A DNA stretch of 64,000 nucleotides from Pyrinomonadaceae bacterium (GCA_046313635.1 JBKBYA010000001.1:1-64000), one strand, 5' to 3'; positions 10,443-21,638 are shown, counted from the stretch's first letter. Translations and numbers: made by a program. The notes: generated by a model not told the origin, from the letters alone.

Positions 10443-10981
10443 CTTCTCTTGACCGAATACAGCAGGTAAACGCAGCCGTTCTTCATCACCCGCGACTCGA
10501 TCAGATCGAGGTCGATCTGCCGCTGCATTCGGTGAAACAGAGGCACGCCCGACCCGAGCAGCACGGGATGGATGTTGACGCCGATCTCGTCGATCAAACC
10601 CGCCTCGAGCAGCGGCCGCGCCAATTCGCCGCCTCCCATGAGGCAGATGTCTTTGCCGTCCTGCTTGCGCAGGCCGCGGACAAATTCGACGACGTCGCCG
10701 CCTACGATCTCGACGCCGTCCAGGTCGCCGGCGGGCAGGCTGTGCGAAAAGACGTACGTCTTGATGCCCGCATACGGATTCGACGTCTGCCCCGACGCTT
10801 CGGCTTCGCGGCGGCCGGCGTCCCAGGTCTTGCGGCCCATCACCATCGTGTCGATCCGCGGCCAGTACTCCTGCATGATCTCCATCGCCTCGTCGCTCCA
10901 CATCAGCCAGTCGAGCCCGCCGTCGTCGCGGGCGATAAAATTGTCGAGACTGTTCGCACAGCCGAAGGTGACCTTTCTCAT
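10439..10981 (-). CDS. Dihydrofolate reductase / RibD C-terminal domain protein
   Basis: SLDNFIA, MGRKTW, GGGEL, PVLLGSG motifs. Confidence 0.88.
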   Translation of the reverse strand: MRKVTFGCANSLDNFIARDDGGLDWLMWSDEAMEIMQEYWPRIDTMVMGRKTWDAGRREAEASGQTSNPYAGIKTYVFSHSLPAGDLDGVEIVGGDVVEFVRGLRKQDGKDICLMGGGELARPLLEAGLIDEIGVNIHPVLLGSGVPLFHRMQRQIDLDLIESRVMKNGCVYLLYSVKRS

Positions 10982-11074
10982 AATGTCGCTCCTGTGGTCG
11001 AATTACCGTAAAACTTCGCCGTGCGCGAATGCGTACTAACGGCTTGAAAACCCTTGTCCCGGAGAGTTATCTGA

Positions 11075-13504
11075 ATGAAAGACGAGTCCCCGCGAGCCCT
11101 AGCACTGTTTCTGATCATCGCAGTTTTGTTTGTAACGGCCTTTCCGTCAAGCGCCGCGGCTCAGCAGGCGGCCGGAGCGGCGGCGGCAGCGAACGGCTCT
11201 CCGTACGCCGCAGCGCTCCAAAAGATCGAGGCCAAGCTCGACGCGCGCCGTAAAGAGCTCGGCATACCCGGCGTCGCGATGGCGATCGTCAAGGACGACG
11301 AGGTGATCTATCTCAAGGGACTCGGCTACAAGGATCTCGAAAACCGGCGCGCGGTCACGCCCGACACGCAGTTTGCGATCGGCTCGGCGACCAAGGCCTT
11401 CACCGCGCTGACCGTGCTGATGGCCGAGGACGCGGGCCTGCTCTCGCTCGACGATCCGCCAAAGAAGTATCTGCCGTACTTCCGAATGTACGACCCTGAG
11501 GCCGACAAGGCGATCACGCTCCGCGATCTGCTGTCGCATTCGTCAGGGCTCAACCGCACCGACCTCGCGATGATCACCGGCAAGTTCAGCCGCGCAGAGC
11601 TGATCGAGGTCGCGGCGCAGGCCAAGCCGACGGCAAAGCTGCGCGAGAAGTTTCAGTATCAAAACATAATGTTCGTCGCCGCGGGCGAGGCCGCGGCCGC
11701 CGTCGAAAAGCGGCCGTGGGAGCGCCTCGTCGCCGAGCGCATTCTCGACCCGCTCGGCATGACGAACAGCACCGTCTCGATCGCCGCGATGCAAAAGGCG
11801 CGCGATCACTCTTTCGGCTACAGCTACAACTTCGACACAAAAGAGACAAAGCGGCTGCCCTTTCGCTCGATCGACCAGGTCGCGCCGGCGGGCTCGATCA
11901 ACTCGTCGGCGCGCGATATGGCAGCGTGGCTGCGATTCGTGCTGAACGGCGGCGTCGCCCCGAGCGGCAAACGGCTCGTTTCGGAAAGAGGTTTTGAAGA
12001 ATGGACCAAACCCCAGATGAAGATCGCCGGCAAGACGTCGTACGGCCTCGGCTGGTTCATTCAGGAATGGAACGGTTTCAAGGTCCTGCAGCACGGCGGC
12101 AGCATCGACGGTTTTAACTCGATGGTCGCGATGCTGCCGGAAAAAAAGCTCGGCTTTGTCCTGCTGACAAACGTCTCGTCGTCGCCGCTCGGCGGCGAGT
12201 TGATGCCGATCGTCTGGCAGAACCTGTTAGGCGAGGCCGCCGGTCCCGAGGCGACACAGCCGGTCGAGTCGGAAAAAGAAGCGGGCCGTTATCGCTTTGA
12301 AGCGGCGGGCTTTGATATCGAGATAAAAATGCAGGACGGCAAGCTCCAGATGATAGTGCCGGGGCACCCCGTCTACACTCTCGAACCTGTCGGCCCGCGC
12401 CGCTACAAGCTCGGCGGAGCGCCGGACGGATTCTTTATCACCTTCAAGGAGAAAGAAGCATATCTCGAGCAGCCGCATGGCAATTACACTCTGCCGCGCT
12501 TCCAAGCAGAGGCCGAGGTCGAGAAAAGATCGGCGAGCAGCGCCGCAAAAGAACTTGTCGGGCAATATTCGCTCCCGAGCGGCGCGGCGACCATCGAGGT
12601 CAAGGAGTCGAGCGACGGGTCGGTCACGCTCAACGTTCCGGGACAGCCCGCGTACAGGCTCATCGAAAAAGCAAAAGACCAATTCTCTCTTTCGCCGCTG
12701 CCCGACTCGTACTCGCTGCGCGTCAAGCGCGACGCGGCCGGAAAAATAACCGGCATAGCGATCTCTCAGCCCGAGGGCGAATTCGAATTCAAACGCGTCG
12801 GCGACGCCGCTCCCGCGGGGCCCGCGATCACCGTCGACGAGCTTATGCAAAGATCGATCGACGCGATCGGCGGCGAGGCCAACTGGCGAAAGATCACGAC
12901 CCGCGTCGTCGAGGCCGACGTCGATCTCGAGAATCAGGGCGTCAAAGCAAAGGTCGTCGCATACAGCAAGGCACCGAACAAGTCGGCCGCCGAGACGATC
13001 ATGACCGCGCTCAACAAGCAGATCGCGACCGGATGGGAGTATTTTGACGGCACCGCCGGCGAGGAGGTTTACAGCTTTGCCCCGGCCGAAAGGTTCGCCG
13101 GCAAGCGGCTCGAGGACGCGCGGCTCGCGGCCGACTTTTACGCTCCGCTCAATTGGAAGACCAATTACAAAAAGGTCGAGATCACCGGCACCGCAAAGGT
13201 CGGCGACGAGGAGGCGTATGTCGTGTCGTTCGAATCCGAAAAGGGGACGCCCTTCAAAGAGTATTACTCGACAAAGACCTTTCTGCTGCTCAAACGCGAA
13301 GGCGTCGTGCCGTCAAGCACGAGCCCGCAGCAGATACCGTACTCCGTCACGTATTCGGACTATCGCGACGTCGACGGTATCAAGCTGCCGTTCAGGACGG
13401 TCAACAATTCGATCTCGAACGGAAACATCGTACAGATCGTCAGATCGGTCAAACACAACATGCCGGTGGACGACAAGATCTTCCGTCCGAGAAAACTGCG
13501 TTGA
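11075..13504 (+). CDS. Secreted serine hydrolase (beta-lactamase class C-like) with extended C-terminal domains
   Basis: Signal peptide; SxxK (SATK), YxN (YQN), HGG motifs. Confidence 0.88.
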   Translation: MKDESPRALALFLIIAVLFVTAFPSSAAAQQAAGAAAAANGSPYAAALQKIEAKLDARRKELGIPGVAMAIVKDDEVIYLKGLGYKDLENRRAVTPDTQFAIGSATKAFTALTVLMAEDAGLLSLDDPPKKYLPYFRMYDPEADKAITLRDLLSHSSGLNRTDLAMITGKFSRAELIEVAAQAKPTAKLREKFQYQNIMFVAAGEAAAAVEKRPWERLVAERILDPLGMTNSTVSIAAMQKARDHSFGYSYNFDTKETKRLPFRSIDQVAPAGSINSSARDMAAWLRFVLNGGVAPSGKRLVSERGFEEWTKPQMKIAGKTSYGLGWFIQEWNGFKVLQHGGSIDGFNSMVAMLPEKKLGFVLLTNVSSSPLGGELMPIVWQNLLGEAAGPEATQPVESEKEAGRYRFEAAGFDIEIKMQDGKLQMIVPGHPVYTLEPVGPRRYKLGGAPDGFFITFKEKEAYLEQPHGNYTLPRFQAEAEVEKRSASSAAKELVGQYSLPSGAATIEVKESSDGSVTLNVPGQPAYRLIEKAKDQFSLSPLPDSYSLRVKRDAAGKITGIAISQPEGEFEFKRVGDAAPAGPAITVDELMQRSIDAIGGEANWRKITTRVVEADVDLENQGVKAKVVAYSKAPNKSAAETIMTALNKQIATGWEYFDGTAGEEVYSFAPAERFAGKRLEDARLAADFYAPLNWKTNYKKVEITGTAKVGDEEAYVVSFESEKGTPFKEYYSTKTFLLLKREGVVPSSTSPQQIPYSVTYSDYRDVDGIKLPFRTVNNSISNGNIVQIVRSVKHNMPVDDKIFRPRKLR

Positions 13505-13569
13505 CCGTTGTAGCCGTGCCGTGCCGTTTAGCCATGCTATTTATGCGATGCAGTCGATCATTCTGACGC

Positions 13570-13612
13570 AAAAAAAGAAGGGGCGGCCGTTCGCAGCCGC
13601 CCTTCCGTTTTT
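13570..13612. terminator. Probable bidirectional intrinsic terminator
   Basis: A-run, GC stem gggcggc/gccgccc, T-run, between convergent genes. Confidence 0.7.
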
Positions 13613-13629
13613 GATCGGATCGCCGTTTC

Positions 13630-14523
13630 TCAGTTCCTTTCGATCCCGACGAGTTCGGCCAGTTTTCCGTTGGCGTACGCGGGCTCGCTGTGGTCAAAGA
13701 CGTCGTCGAGTTCCTTTTCGACCGAGCCGTGCCCGGGCGGGATCGCCTTGACGATCGGCTCAAACTTGCGAAAGTCGTACAGATCCGTGTCGAGCAGATG
13801 CGAGCCTGTCACCTGCGACAGAGCGGTAAGCATCGTCTGGCGGACGAAAGGAATTTCTTTTTCGAGCTCGTTGACGAGACGCTTGACGCGTGCCCGCTTG
13901 AGATTTGGCTGCGAGCCGCAGAGATTGCACGGGATGATCGGGAACTGCTTCTCTTCGGCGTAGGCGGCGATATCTTTTTCCTGGCAGTATGCGAGCGGGC
14001 GGATGATGGTGTTGCGGCGATCGTCCGAACGCAGGATCGGCGGCATCGCCTTAAGCTGGCCGACGTAGAGGAAATTCAAGAGAAATGTCGCGATGATGTC
14101 GTCGCCGTGATGCCCGAGCGCGATCTTGGTCGCGCCCTCCTCGACCGCGGTCGAGTACAAGATGCCGCGACGCAGCCGCGAGCAGAGCGAGCAAAAGGTC
14201 TTGCCCTCGGGCACGTGCTCTTTGACGATCGAGTACGTGTCTTCTTCGACGATGCGGTAGCGAACGCCGATGCTCTCCAAATATTCCGGCAGCACGTGCT
14301 CTGGAAAGCCCGGCTGCTTCTGGTCGAGATTGACCGCAAAAATGTCGAACTTGACCGGCGCGCGCCGCCGCACGTCGAGCAGCAGGTCGAGCATCGTGTA
14401 GCTGTCTTTGCCGCCCGAGAGACACACCATCACGCGGTCGCCGTCCTCGATCATCCCAAAGTCGGCGATCGCCTGGCCCATCTTTTTGAGCAGTCTCGTC
14501 TTTGTCTTACTCTCTACGAACAA
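13630..14523 (-). CDS. ttcA: tRNA 2-thiocytidine(32) synthetase
   Basis: SGGKDS PP-loop, CSLC and CNLC motifs; probable TTG start at 14523 with AAGGAG RBS. Confidence 0.93.
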   Translation of the reverse strand: MFVESKTKTRLLKKMGQAIADFGMIEDGDRVMVCLSGGKDSYTMLDLLLDVRRRAPVKFDIFAVNLDQKQPGFPEHVLPEYLESIGVRYRIVEEDTYSIVKEHVPEGKTFCSLCSRLRRGILYSTAVEEGATKIALGHHGDDIIATFLLNFLYVGQLKAMPPILRSDDRRNTIIRPLAYCQEKDIAAYAEEKQFPIIPCNLCGSQPNLKRARVKRLVNELEKEIPFVRQTMLTALSQVTGSHLLDTDLYDFRKFEPIVKAIPPGHGSVEKELDDVFDHSEPAYANGKLAELVGIERN

Positions 14524-14747
14524 TTGCGTACTCCTTCGAAACGTTCGATTCTGCCACGCCGGGTTTGGTTTCAACAAATCTGCCGATTCCCTTTACACGC
14601 GCAAAGCACGTCCACTATTATTATCGAGTTGAAAAACACCCGGATCTTGATGCCCGGTCTCGGCGCGGCACTGATTCATCCAAGGCCCTCTCCTGTTTTT
14701 CAGAAGCAGCCGCAAAACCAAGACATTCTAAAGGAGTACCAACGATT

Positions 14748-15404
14748 ATGATCAGAATGGGAAGAAGCTCGAGGACGAGCACCGAAGCATCCTCGTCTGA
14801 AACCTCCTCGTACCAGGGCAGCAGCACACAGGTTTCGAATGGAGCGTATCCGCGCTCGGAAGATGTGCCGACCGCGCAGCCGCGCGTCGTCGCTGAGAGC
14901 GAGTCGATCGCCCGCGACATCAAAGAGGGCCGGCTGAGCGGCTTTGTCGGCCACGGCACGACTTTGACGGGCGAGACGAGCTTTCAGATGATGCTCCGCG
15001 TCGACGGCCATCTGACCGGCTCGGTGACGAGCGACGGCGGCACGCTGATCGTCGGCTCGACCGGCCAGGTCGACGCCAACATCGCCGTCGCCATCGCCAA
15101 CGTCAACGGCTCGGTCAACGGCGACATTATCGCGACCGAGCGCATCCAGCTCGGCCGCACGGCGCGCGTCATGGGCAACATTCTCACGCCCAAGCTCGTC
15201 GTCGAGGACGGCGCGATCTTTGAAGGCAGCTGCTCGATGATGCGCGCGATCGAGAGCCGCGAGCAGCAGGCCGCCGCGCAGGCCGAGCATTATCGACAGC
15301 AGGAAATGGCCAGGTACCAGCCGTCGGAGACGACCGCCGCGACGACCGAGAGCTCGGGGCTGTTTGGCGACGAAGAAGAAGAGGCCGCCGAGGCCACGGC
15401 CTGA
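14748..15404 (+). CDS. Bactofilin (polymer-forming cytoskeletal protein)
   Basis: LRVDGHLTGSV...GSVNGDI...VEDGAIFEGSC beta-helix; AAGGAG RBS before ATG 14748. Confidence 0.88.
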   Translation: MIRMGRSSRTSTEASSSETSSYQGSSTQVSNGAYPRSEDVPTAQPRVVAESESIARDIKEGRLSGFVGHGTTLTGETSFQMMLRVDGHLTGSVTSDGGTLIVGSTGQVDANIAVAIANVNGSVNGDIIATERIQLGRTARVMGNILTPKLVVEDGAIFEGSCSMMRAIESREQQAAAQAEHYRQQEMARYQPSETTAATTESSGLFGDEEEEAAEATA

Positions 15405-15429
15405 CGATCGGAGATCTTTGAAGAGGAGC

Positions 15430-15462
15430 GAGACTGTCTGAAAAGGCAGTCTCATTTTTTTT
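15430..15462 (+). terminator. Intrinsic terminator
   Basis: gagactgtct/aggcagtctc stem followed by T-run. Confidence 0.75.
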
Positions 15463-15503
15463 GACCCTAGGCCGATGCCGTGATCAGGACCGATCGGAGA
15501 GCC

Positions 15504-16085
15504 TCATTTTGTAAATTCGAAAACGTCGTCGGCCGTGACGCATCGATCGAGCGGCACGTCCGACAAGTGCACGTCGTCTATCGCGTCGACCGGGCCAAAA
15601 AAACTGACGCCGACCTTTAGGCAGTCCGGGCGGCATCGCGAGAGAAAGCGGTCGTAAAACCCTTTGCCGTAGCCGACGCGGTGCCCCGCGCGATCAAAGC
15701 ACAACAGCGGCACGATCGCCGCGTCGATCGCCTCGGGAGCGATCTCGTCCTGAGCGGCCGGCGGCTCGCCGATCTGCCACGCGTTGTATTCGAGGCGCGT
15801 CGCGGCGTCCAGGCGCAGATTCACGATCTCGCCCGTCTCGCCGGCGATGCGCGGCGCGCAGGTGACGATGTCGGGGCGCTCCGTCCAGACGCGTTCAAAG
15901 ATCGGCCGCGTGTCCACCTCGTTGAATTTTGCAGTCGAGATAAAAGAGTGGAGCACCGCGATGTCTGCGAGATCGATCGATGCAAATAGGCGCTCTGCGA
16001 TCTGCCGGCTGGCGCGATCGCGTTCGTCACCCGAGAGAGCGGAGCGGCGCTCGAGATAGATCTTTCGAAGTTCGGATTTATTCAT
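15504..16085 (-). CDS. 5-formyltetrahydrofolate cyclo-ligase
   Basis: KSELRK N-terminus; FDRAGHRVGYGKGFYDRFL signature. Confidence 0.93.
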   Translation of the reverse strand: MNKSELRKIYLERRSALSGDERDRASRQIAERLFASIDLADIAVLHSFISTAKFNEVDTRPIFERVWTERPDIVTCAPRIAGETGEIVNLRLDAATRLEYNAWQIGEPPAAQDEIAPEAIDAAIVPLLCFDRAGHRVGYGKGFYDRFLSRCRPDCLKVGVSFFGPVDAIDDVHLSDVPLDRCVTADDVFEFTK

Positions 16086-16100
16086 CGGCGATGAGAGTTT

Positions 16101-17210
16101 CTAGTCTCTCGTGATCCATCCGCCGCCGACGACCTCGTCGCCGCGGTAAAAGATGGTCGCCTGACCGGGCGTGATGGCTCGCTGCGGCTCGTCAAAGACG
16201 ACGCGGGCTCGGGCTTCGGGCAGAGCGCGGATCGTCGCCGGCGCGGGCTCGTGCCGGTAACGCACTTTTACCTCGGCGCGGACCGGCTCGTCCGGCTCGT
16301 CAAAGGCGACCCAGTTGACGCCCTTCGCAATGAACTCGCCCTGCTCGAGATCGCCCGCCTCGCCGACGATGATCTGGTTTTTTGCGCGCTCGATCTGGAC
16401 GACGTAGAGAGGCTTTTCGTTCGCGATGCCGAGGCCGCGCCGCTGGCCGATCGTGTAGCGGTGGATGCCCGAATGCGCGCCGACCACTTCCCCTGAAGTG
16501 TTGACGATATCGCCGCCCTCGGGCATCTCGCCGGCGCGGCCCTCGTGCTCGAGATAGCGATCGATGAACTCGGAATATTTGCCGTCGGGAACAAAGCAGA
16601 TCTCCTGCGACTCGGGCTTCTCGGCCGTATAGAGCTCGGCCTCGCGTGCAAGATCGCGGACCTCGCTCTTGAGCATCTCGCCCAAGGGAAAGTGCGCCCG
16701 CGAGAGCTGGTCCTGCGTCAGCTCCCAGAGAAAGTAGCTCTGGTCCTTCCAGTGATTTTTCCCGCGAAAAAGTCTGTACCTGTTCGCAGCCTCGTCGTAC
16801 TCGACGCGCGCGTAATGCCCGGTCGCGACCTTGTCGCAGCCGAGGGAGCGTGCCATTCGATCGAGCGAGGCAAACTTCAGCCGCGAGTTGCACGCGACGC
16901 ACGGGATCGGCGTCTCGCCCGAGAGATAGCTCTGAATGAAGGGCTCGACGACGTCGCGCTCGAAATCCTTTTCGAGATTCAGAACGTAAAACGGAAAGCC
17001 GAGCCGCTCGGCAACTCGGCGTGCGTCGTACACATCATCCAGAGAGCAGCACCGCGACGGCAGAGGGTCGCCGTGCTCGTCCACGTTGATATTGCGGCGC
17101 TGGTTCCAGAGCTGCATCGTAAAGCCGACGAGCTCGTGCCCCTGCTCCTTGAGGAGCGCGGCTGCCGCCGAAGAATCGACGCCGCCGCTCATTGCCACCG
17201 CTATCTTCAT
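16101..17210 (-). CDS. mnmA: tRNA 2-thiouridine(34) synthase
   Basis: [43 protein letters not shown]. Confidence 0.96.
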   Translation of the reverse strand: MKIAVAMSGGVDSSAAAALLKEQGHELVGFTMQLWNQRRNINVDEHGDPLPSRCCSLDDVYDARRVAERLGFPFYVLNLEKDFERDVVEPFIQSYLSGETPIPCVACNSRLKFASLDRMARSLGCDKVATGHYARVEYDEAANRYRLFRGKNHWKDQSYFLWELTQDQLSRAHFPLGEMLKSEVRDLAREAELYTAEKPESQEICFVPDGKYSEFIDRYLEHEGRAGEMPEGGDIVNTSGEVVGAHSGIHRYTIGQRRGLGIANEKPLYVVQIERAKNQIIVGEAGDLEQGEFIAKGVNWVAFDEPDEPVRAEVKVRYRHEPAPATIRALPEARARVVFDEPQRAITPGQATIFYRGDEVVGGGWITRD

Positions 17211-17260
17211 ACACGCAAAATACGAATATAGCGGTTAGATGTAGCGATTGAAAGAAGGCG

Positions 17261-18919
17261 ATGGTTGTTAATTCCAAAAGCCTCGCGGCCGGACTCTCGA
17301 AGACCTGCGCGGTACTCTACGCCGCCGCATTGTGCGGTTTCGCCGCGGCCGCCCAGCAGCCGTGCATCTCGGATGCGCGCGTCGCCGAGCTCAAGCGGCA
17401 GATCGAGTCCGGCTCGCCGCAGCAGGCCGACGCCGCTCTACGCGAGGAGATCGTCGCCATCAGGTCCGCTCTGACGCAGCGCAGTCTGCAGCGAGCGTCG
17501 GCCGGCGGCAGCCGGGATCGCGCGCTCGGCAGCACGCCCGACCCGAAGGTCGACAAACTGCTCGACACGGCCCCGCAGCGCGTCTGCGAGATGCTCAATT
17601 CGGAGGCGGGCTGGCCCACACGAGAGCTCGTCGGCGACGACGGAGCATCGGCCTTTATCGGGCTCGTCCGAAACTTTTTGCCCGTCACGCTCCAGCAGGC
17701 GCTCGCACCGGTCGTCTCGGTCGGCGTCGAAAGGGGCTCGATCGCACGCGACGGCGAGCTCGCGGCGCTGATCGACCGTCTGCGCGTCGCCGCCGGGCGC
17801 CCGCAGATCTTTGGCACGCAAGCGGAGCCGCGCGACGGCTTTCTCGTCCTCTACCCGCTTGTCTCCGACTCGCGGGTCGATGCGTGGCGGCGGGATCACG
17901 GTCTGCCGCCCCTCGCCGAGTACATTCGACAACTGCAGCGGACGTTTCGAATGCCGGTCATTCGCTCGAGATCTGCTCAGGCCGACCGTCCGGCGGCGCA
18001 GACTCAGCAGCTGCCCTCGGCCGCGGCCGGCTCGGGCCTGCTCCCGGCCGGCGGGATCGACGGCGAGGGCGACGTCGTCAGGATCGAGTCGTCGCTGGTC
18101 AGCGTCGACGTGACGGTCGCCGGGCCGGTCTCGGCCGAGCTTGCGAGAGAGGATTTTCGGATCTACGAGGACGGCGTCGAGCAGGAGATCACGAGCTTCG
18201 GCGCGGCGGACGCGCCGTTTGATATCGTCCTGCTGCTCGACCTGTCGGGCTCGACCGCCGACCAGCTCGGCCTGATAAAAAAGACGACGCGCCGCTTTAT
18301 CGAGATGAAGCGCGCCGTCGACCGAGTCGCCATCGTCACTTTCACCGGCAGGCAGACGGTCGTCTCGCCGCTCGAGTCCGACCGCAAAAAGCTGCTCGAC
18401 AGTCTGGATAAGATCAAAGACTCGGGCAGCTCGCGCGTCTGGGACGCGATGAATTTCGCGATCGAGCTGCTCGAGCGCGGATCGACGACCGGCCGCCGCA
18501 AGGCTCTGGTCGCGATGACCGACGGCGCAGACAACTCGCTGCTCTACGAGCCTGGTTTCGGTTCGGACATACTGTTTGCAGATCTGGTCGAGGCCGTTCG
18601 GCACAGCTCGGTCGCGATCTTTCCGATCTATCTCGACACCGAGGGGCCCGGCGAGCTCAGCACGAGGGTGTACGGCGACGCCCGCCGCACGCTCAGGCTG
18701 CTCGCGGACGAAAGCGGCGGCACGTATCACACCGCCAAGAATCTAGGCCAGCTGAGGCAGGTCTACGAGCGCGTGCTCGGCGACGTCGGCCGAACGTATT
18801 CGCTTGTCTATCAGCCGACCAACCCGCGCCGCGACGGCACGTGGCGGACGATCACCGTCGAGCTGCCCGCCCGTCCGGGACTGCGCGTCCGCGCACGGCG
18901 CGGCTACTACGCAAAGTAG
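17261..18919 (+). CDS. Secreted VWA-domain protein (acidobacterial type) with N-terminal DUF6624-like region
   Basis: MIDAS DLSGS, TDGADN; C-terminal RARRGYY; N-terminal GWP...DR...PQIFGTQ...GLPPL pattern. Confidence 0.78.
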   Translation: MVVNSKSLAAGLSKTCAVLYAAALCGFAAAAQQPCISDARVAELKRQIESGSPQQADAALREEIVAIRSALTQRSLQRASAGGSRDRALGSTPDPKVDKLLDTAPQRVCEMLNSEAGWPTRELVGDDGASAFIGLVRNFLPVTLQQALAPVVSVGVERGSIARDGELAALIDRLRVAAGRPQIFGTQAEPRDGFLVLYPLVSDSRVDAWRRDHGLPPLAEYIRQLQRTFRMPVIRSRSAQADRPAAQTQQLPSAAAGSGLLPAGGIDGEGDVVRIESSLVSVDVTVAGPVSAELAREDFRIYEDGVEQEITSFGAADAPFDIVLLLDLSGSTADQLGLIKKTTRRFIEMKRAVDRVAIVTFTGRQTVVSPLESDRKKLLDSLDKIKDSGSSRVWDAMNFAIELLERGSTTGRRKALVAMTDGADNSLLYEPGFGSDILFADLVEAVRHSSVAIFPIYLDTEGPGELSTRVYGDARRTLRLLADESGGTYHTAKNLGQLRQVYERVLGDVGRTYSLVYQPTNPRRDGTWRTITVELPARPGLRVRARRGYYAK

Positions 18920-19188
18920 CGCGCTCCGGCCGCTGCCGGTTTTTCCTGAAACGCACGATGAATGGATCTCGCGTATCGACCTTGAAGGCCGCTCGCCGAG
19001 GGCATGGGCGCCTGACTCGGCAAATTCAAAATCGAAGGGCCGTGTGCTAAGGTCAAAAAACCATGCGTATCGAGCTTGTCTAACTCCGCCGTCCCTTTCG
19101 CATCCGCGACGCCCGCGCGTTTGCGTGCGGCGTACGGGTCCCGCAGGCACTCCGAGTGTGCCGTCTCTGCCCATTTTTCAGGAGATCT

Positions 19189-20610
19189 ATGTCAAGGGAA
19201 GATCTGTCCGGCCAGACAGAGAACAACTCGTTTTGGTCCGTGATCAAGGAGTCGCTGCGCGGGACGCATCGCGATCTGACCGAGGGCCCGATCGTCGCGG
19301 CGATCGTCATCCTCGCCATTCCGATGATCCTCGAGATGGCGATGGAGTCGCTCTTTGCGATCGTCGATATCTTTTTTGTCGCCAAGCTCGGCGCCGCGTC
19401 TATCGCGGTCGTCGGACTGACCGAGTCGGTGCTCGCGCTCGTCTACGCCGTCGCGATCGGCCTCAGCGTCGGGGCGACCGCGACCGTCGCGCGCCGCATC
19501 GGCGAAAAGGACGCTGAAGGGGCAGCTCGCGTAGCCGCGCACGTCGTCTATCTAGGGCTGATCGTCTCGGCCGTGATGGGTGTGATCGGCGTCGTCGGAG
19601 CTCCGTACATCTTTGGTCTGCTCGGCGCCGAGCCGCACGTTGTCGAGCTCGGATTGCCGTTTATGCGGACGATGTACGGCACGTGCGGCGTGATCGTCTT
19701 TTTGTTTTTGCTGAACGCGATCTTTCGCGGTGCCGGTGATGCGGCGATCGCGATGCGCGTGCTGATACTCGCGAATGGCCTCAACATCATTCTCGGGCCG
19801 CTCTTCATTTTCGGTATCGGCCCGTTTCCCGAGCTTGGCGTAACGGGCGCGGCGGTCGCGACCGTGATCGGCCGCGGGACCGGTGCGGCGTACGCGGCGT
19901 GGTCGCTCTTCTTTCGCCGCGGCGGGCGGATCGAGGTGCACGCGCGGCATTGGAAGTTTGACGCTTCGCTGCTGTGGAGCCTCGTTCGTTTGTCGGCGAC
20001 CGCGATACTGCAGTTCCTGATCGCGACGGCGAGCTGGAGCGGGCTCGTGCGCGTCGTCGCAGGATTTGGCAGCGTCGCGATCGCGGGCTATCAGGTCGGC
20101 CTTCGCGTCATCATCTTTGTCCTGCTGCCGGCGGTGGGCCTCGCGAATGCGGCCGCGACGCTGGTCGGGCAAAACTTGGGCGCCGGCAAGCCCGAGCGGG
20201 CCGAGCGTTCGGTCTGGTTCGCCGGCGTGATCAACGCGGTGCTGCTCGGCGCGGCAGGCTTGATCTTTCTCTTTTTTTCGCCGCAGGTCGCGGGCATATT
20301 TACGAGCGAGCCAGAGGTGCTCGCGTACGCGTCGGACTGCCTCTATATCGTCGCCTTCGGCTACGCGTTTTACGGGCTGGGAATGGTGGTCGAGACGTCA
20401 TTCAACGGAGCGGGCGATACGGTAACGCCGACGTACATCAATCTGCTCATCTTTTGGCTCTTCGAGATCCCGCTCGCTTACGTTCTCGCTTACCATTTTG
20501 AAATGGGGCCGCAGGGCGTCTTTTGGGCGATCACGATCGCCTTCTCGGTCCTGGCGGTGGTGAGCGCGCTCGTCTTCAGGCGCGGGCGTTGGAAGAGCAA
20601 GGTCGTCTAA
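19189..20610 (+). CDS. MATE family efflux transporter
   Basis: About 12 TM helices; LAIPMILE, RGAGD, GQNLGAG motifs; AGGAG RBS before ATG 19189. Confidence 0.92.
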   Translation: MSREDLSGQTENNSFWSVIKESLRGTHRDLTEGPIVAAIVILAIPMILEMAMESLFAIVDIFFVAKLGAASIAVVGLTESVLALVYAVAIGLSVGATATVARRIGEKDAEGAARVAAHVVYLGLIVSAVMGVIGVVGAPYIFGLLGAEPHVVELGLPFMRTMYGTCGVIVFLFLLNAIFRGAGDAAIAMRVLILANGLNIILGPLFIFGIGPFPELGVTGAAVATVIGRGTGAAYAAWSLFFRRGGRIEVHARHWKFDASLLWSLVRLSATAILQFLIATASWSGLVRVVAGFGSVAIAGYQVGLRVIIFVLLPAVGLANAAATLVGQNLGAGKPERAERSVWFAGVINAVLLGAAGLIFLFFSPQVAGIFTSEPEVLAYASDCLYIVAFGYAFYGLGMVVETSFNGAGDTVTPTYINLLIFWLFEIPLAYVLAYHFEMGPQGVFWAITIAFSVLAVVSALVFRRGRWKSKVV

Positions 20611-20703
20611 CCTGAGCTCGCAGAAGATTGCTCGTCCCGCGGCTCCGATTTCTTGTTACGATGTTTGTAGTTCGAGATCGCGAGCCGCTTTTTCGTTTGG
20701 ATT

Positions 20704-21429
20704 ATGTCGTTTCCAGATCCGCGCCAATACGACTTTCCGGAATGGATCCTGATCGGAGAGTATTTTTACCGCGCGGACGACATCGTCGCCTTTGACGTAC
20801 CGCTCACCGTCGAGAACCTGAAAGACGCTTATCGGCAAGGCATCTTTCCCTGGCACATCGACGGTGTGCCGCTGCCGTGGTTTTGCCCCGAGCAGCGGGC
20901 CGTGCTCGACCTCGACGATCTGCACATCCCGCGCAGCCTCGCTAAGGAAAGGCGCAAAAATAGATTCACGTTCACCATCGACCGGGCCTTTGGCGAGGTC
21001 ATCGAGGCCTGCTCGAACGCGAAGCGATCCGACCAGCCGGGTGGCGGGACCTGGATCACGGCTGAATTCAAACGAGCGTATCGCGAGCTGCACGCCGAAG
21101 GCTCGGCCCACAGCATCGAGGCCTGGGACGCGGACGGCGGTCTGGCCGGCGGCCTGTACGGCGTCGACGCGGGCGGTGTATTCTGCGGCGAGAGTATGTT
21201 CTACAAGTCGCCGAACTCCTCCAAGCTCGCGCTGCTCTACCTGATCGAACATCTCCGCGAGCGCGGCGCCACGTGGATCGACATTCAGGTAATGACGCCG
21301 CATATGCAGGCGCTCGGCGCGCGTGAGATATCGCGAGAGGAGTTTCTCGACCGGCTCTGCGAGACACAGGCTCGCGGGCTCGATCTGTTCAGCGAGCGGA
21401 GCAAAGCGGCGGACGCGGCCGAGTTTTGA
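20704..21429 (+). CDS. aat: Leucyl/phenylalanyl-tRNA--protein transferase
   Basis: AYRQGIFPW, AHSIEAW, GGLYGV, FCGESMF. Confidence 0.95.
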   Translation: MSFPDPRQYDFPEWILIGEYFYRADDIVAFDVPLTVENLKDAYRQGIFPWHIDGVPLPWFCPEQRAVLDLDDLHIPRSLAKERRKNRFTFTIDRAFGEVIEACSNAKRSDQPGGGTWITAEFKRAYRELHAEGSAHSIEAWDADGGLAGGLYGVDAGGVFCGESMFYKSPNSSKLALLYLIEHLRERGATWIDIQVMTPHMQALGAREISREEFLDRLCETQARGLDLFSERSKAADAAEF

Positions 21430-21638
21430 TGAAAGACCTGCACCGCGAACGCAAGAACATTCGCCCGGGCCTTAAGGTCGCCGTCGTACTTAAGCACGAC
21501 CAGCGCACGGGCTGGCGGACGATCGGCGTGGTCAAGGATCTGCTCACAAGGTCTTCGTTTCACCCTCACGGAATAAAGGTCAGGCTCGCGGACGGCCAGG
21601 TCGGACGTGTACAGGAGATCCTCGACGATCAAACTTAG
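21429..21638 (+). CDS. YwbE family (DUF2196) small protein
   Basis: KHDQRTG...HPHGIKVRLADGQVGRV signature. Confidence 0.85.
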   Translation: MKDLHRERKNIRPGLKVAVVLKHDQRTGWRTIGVVKDLLTRSSFHPHGIKVRLADGQVGRVQEILDDQT

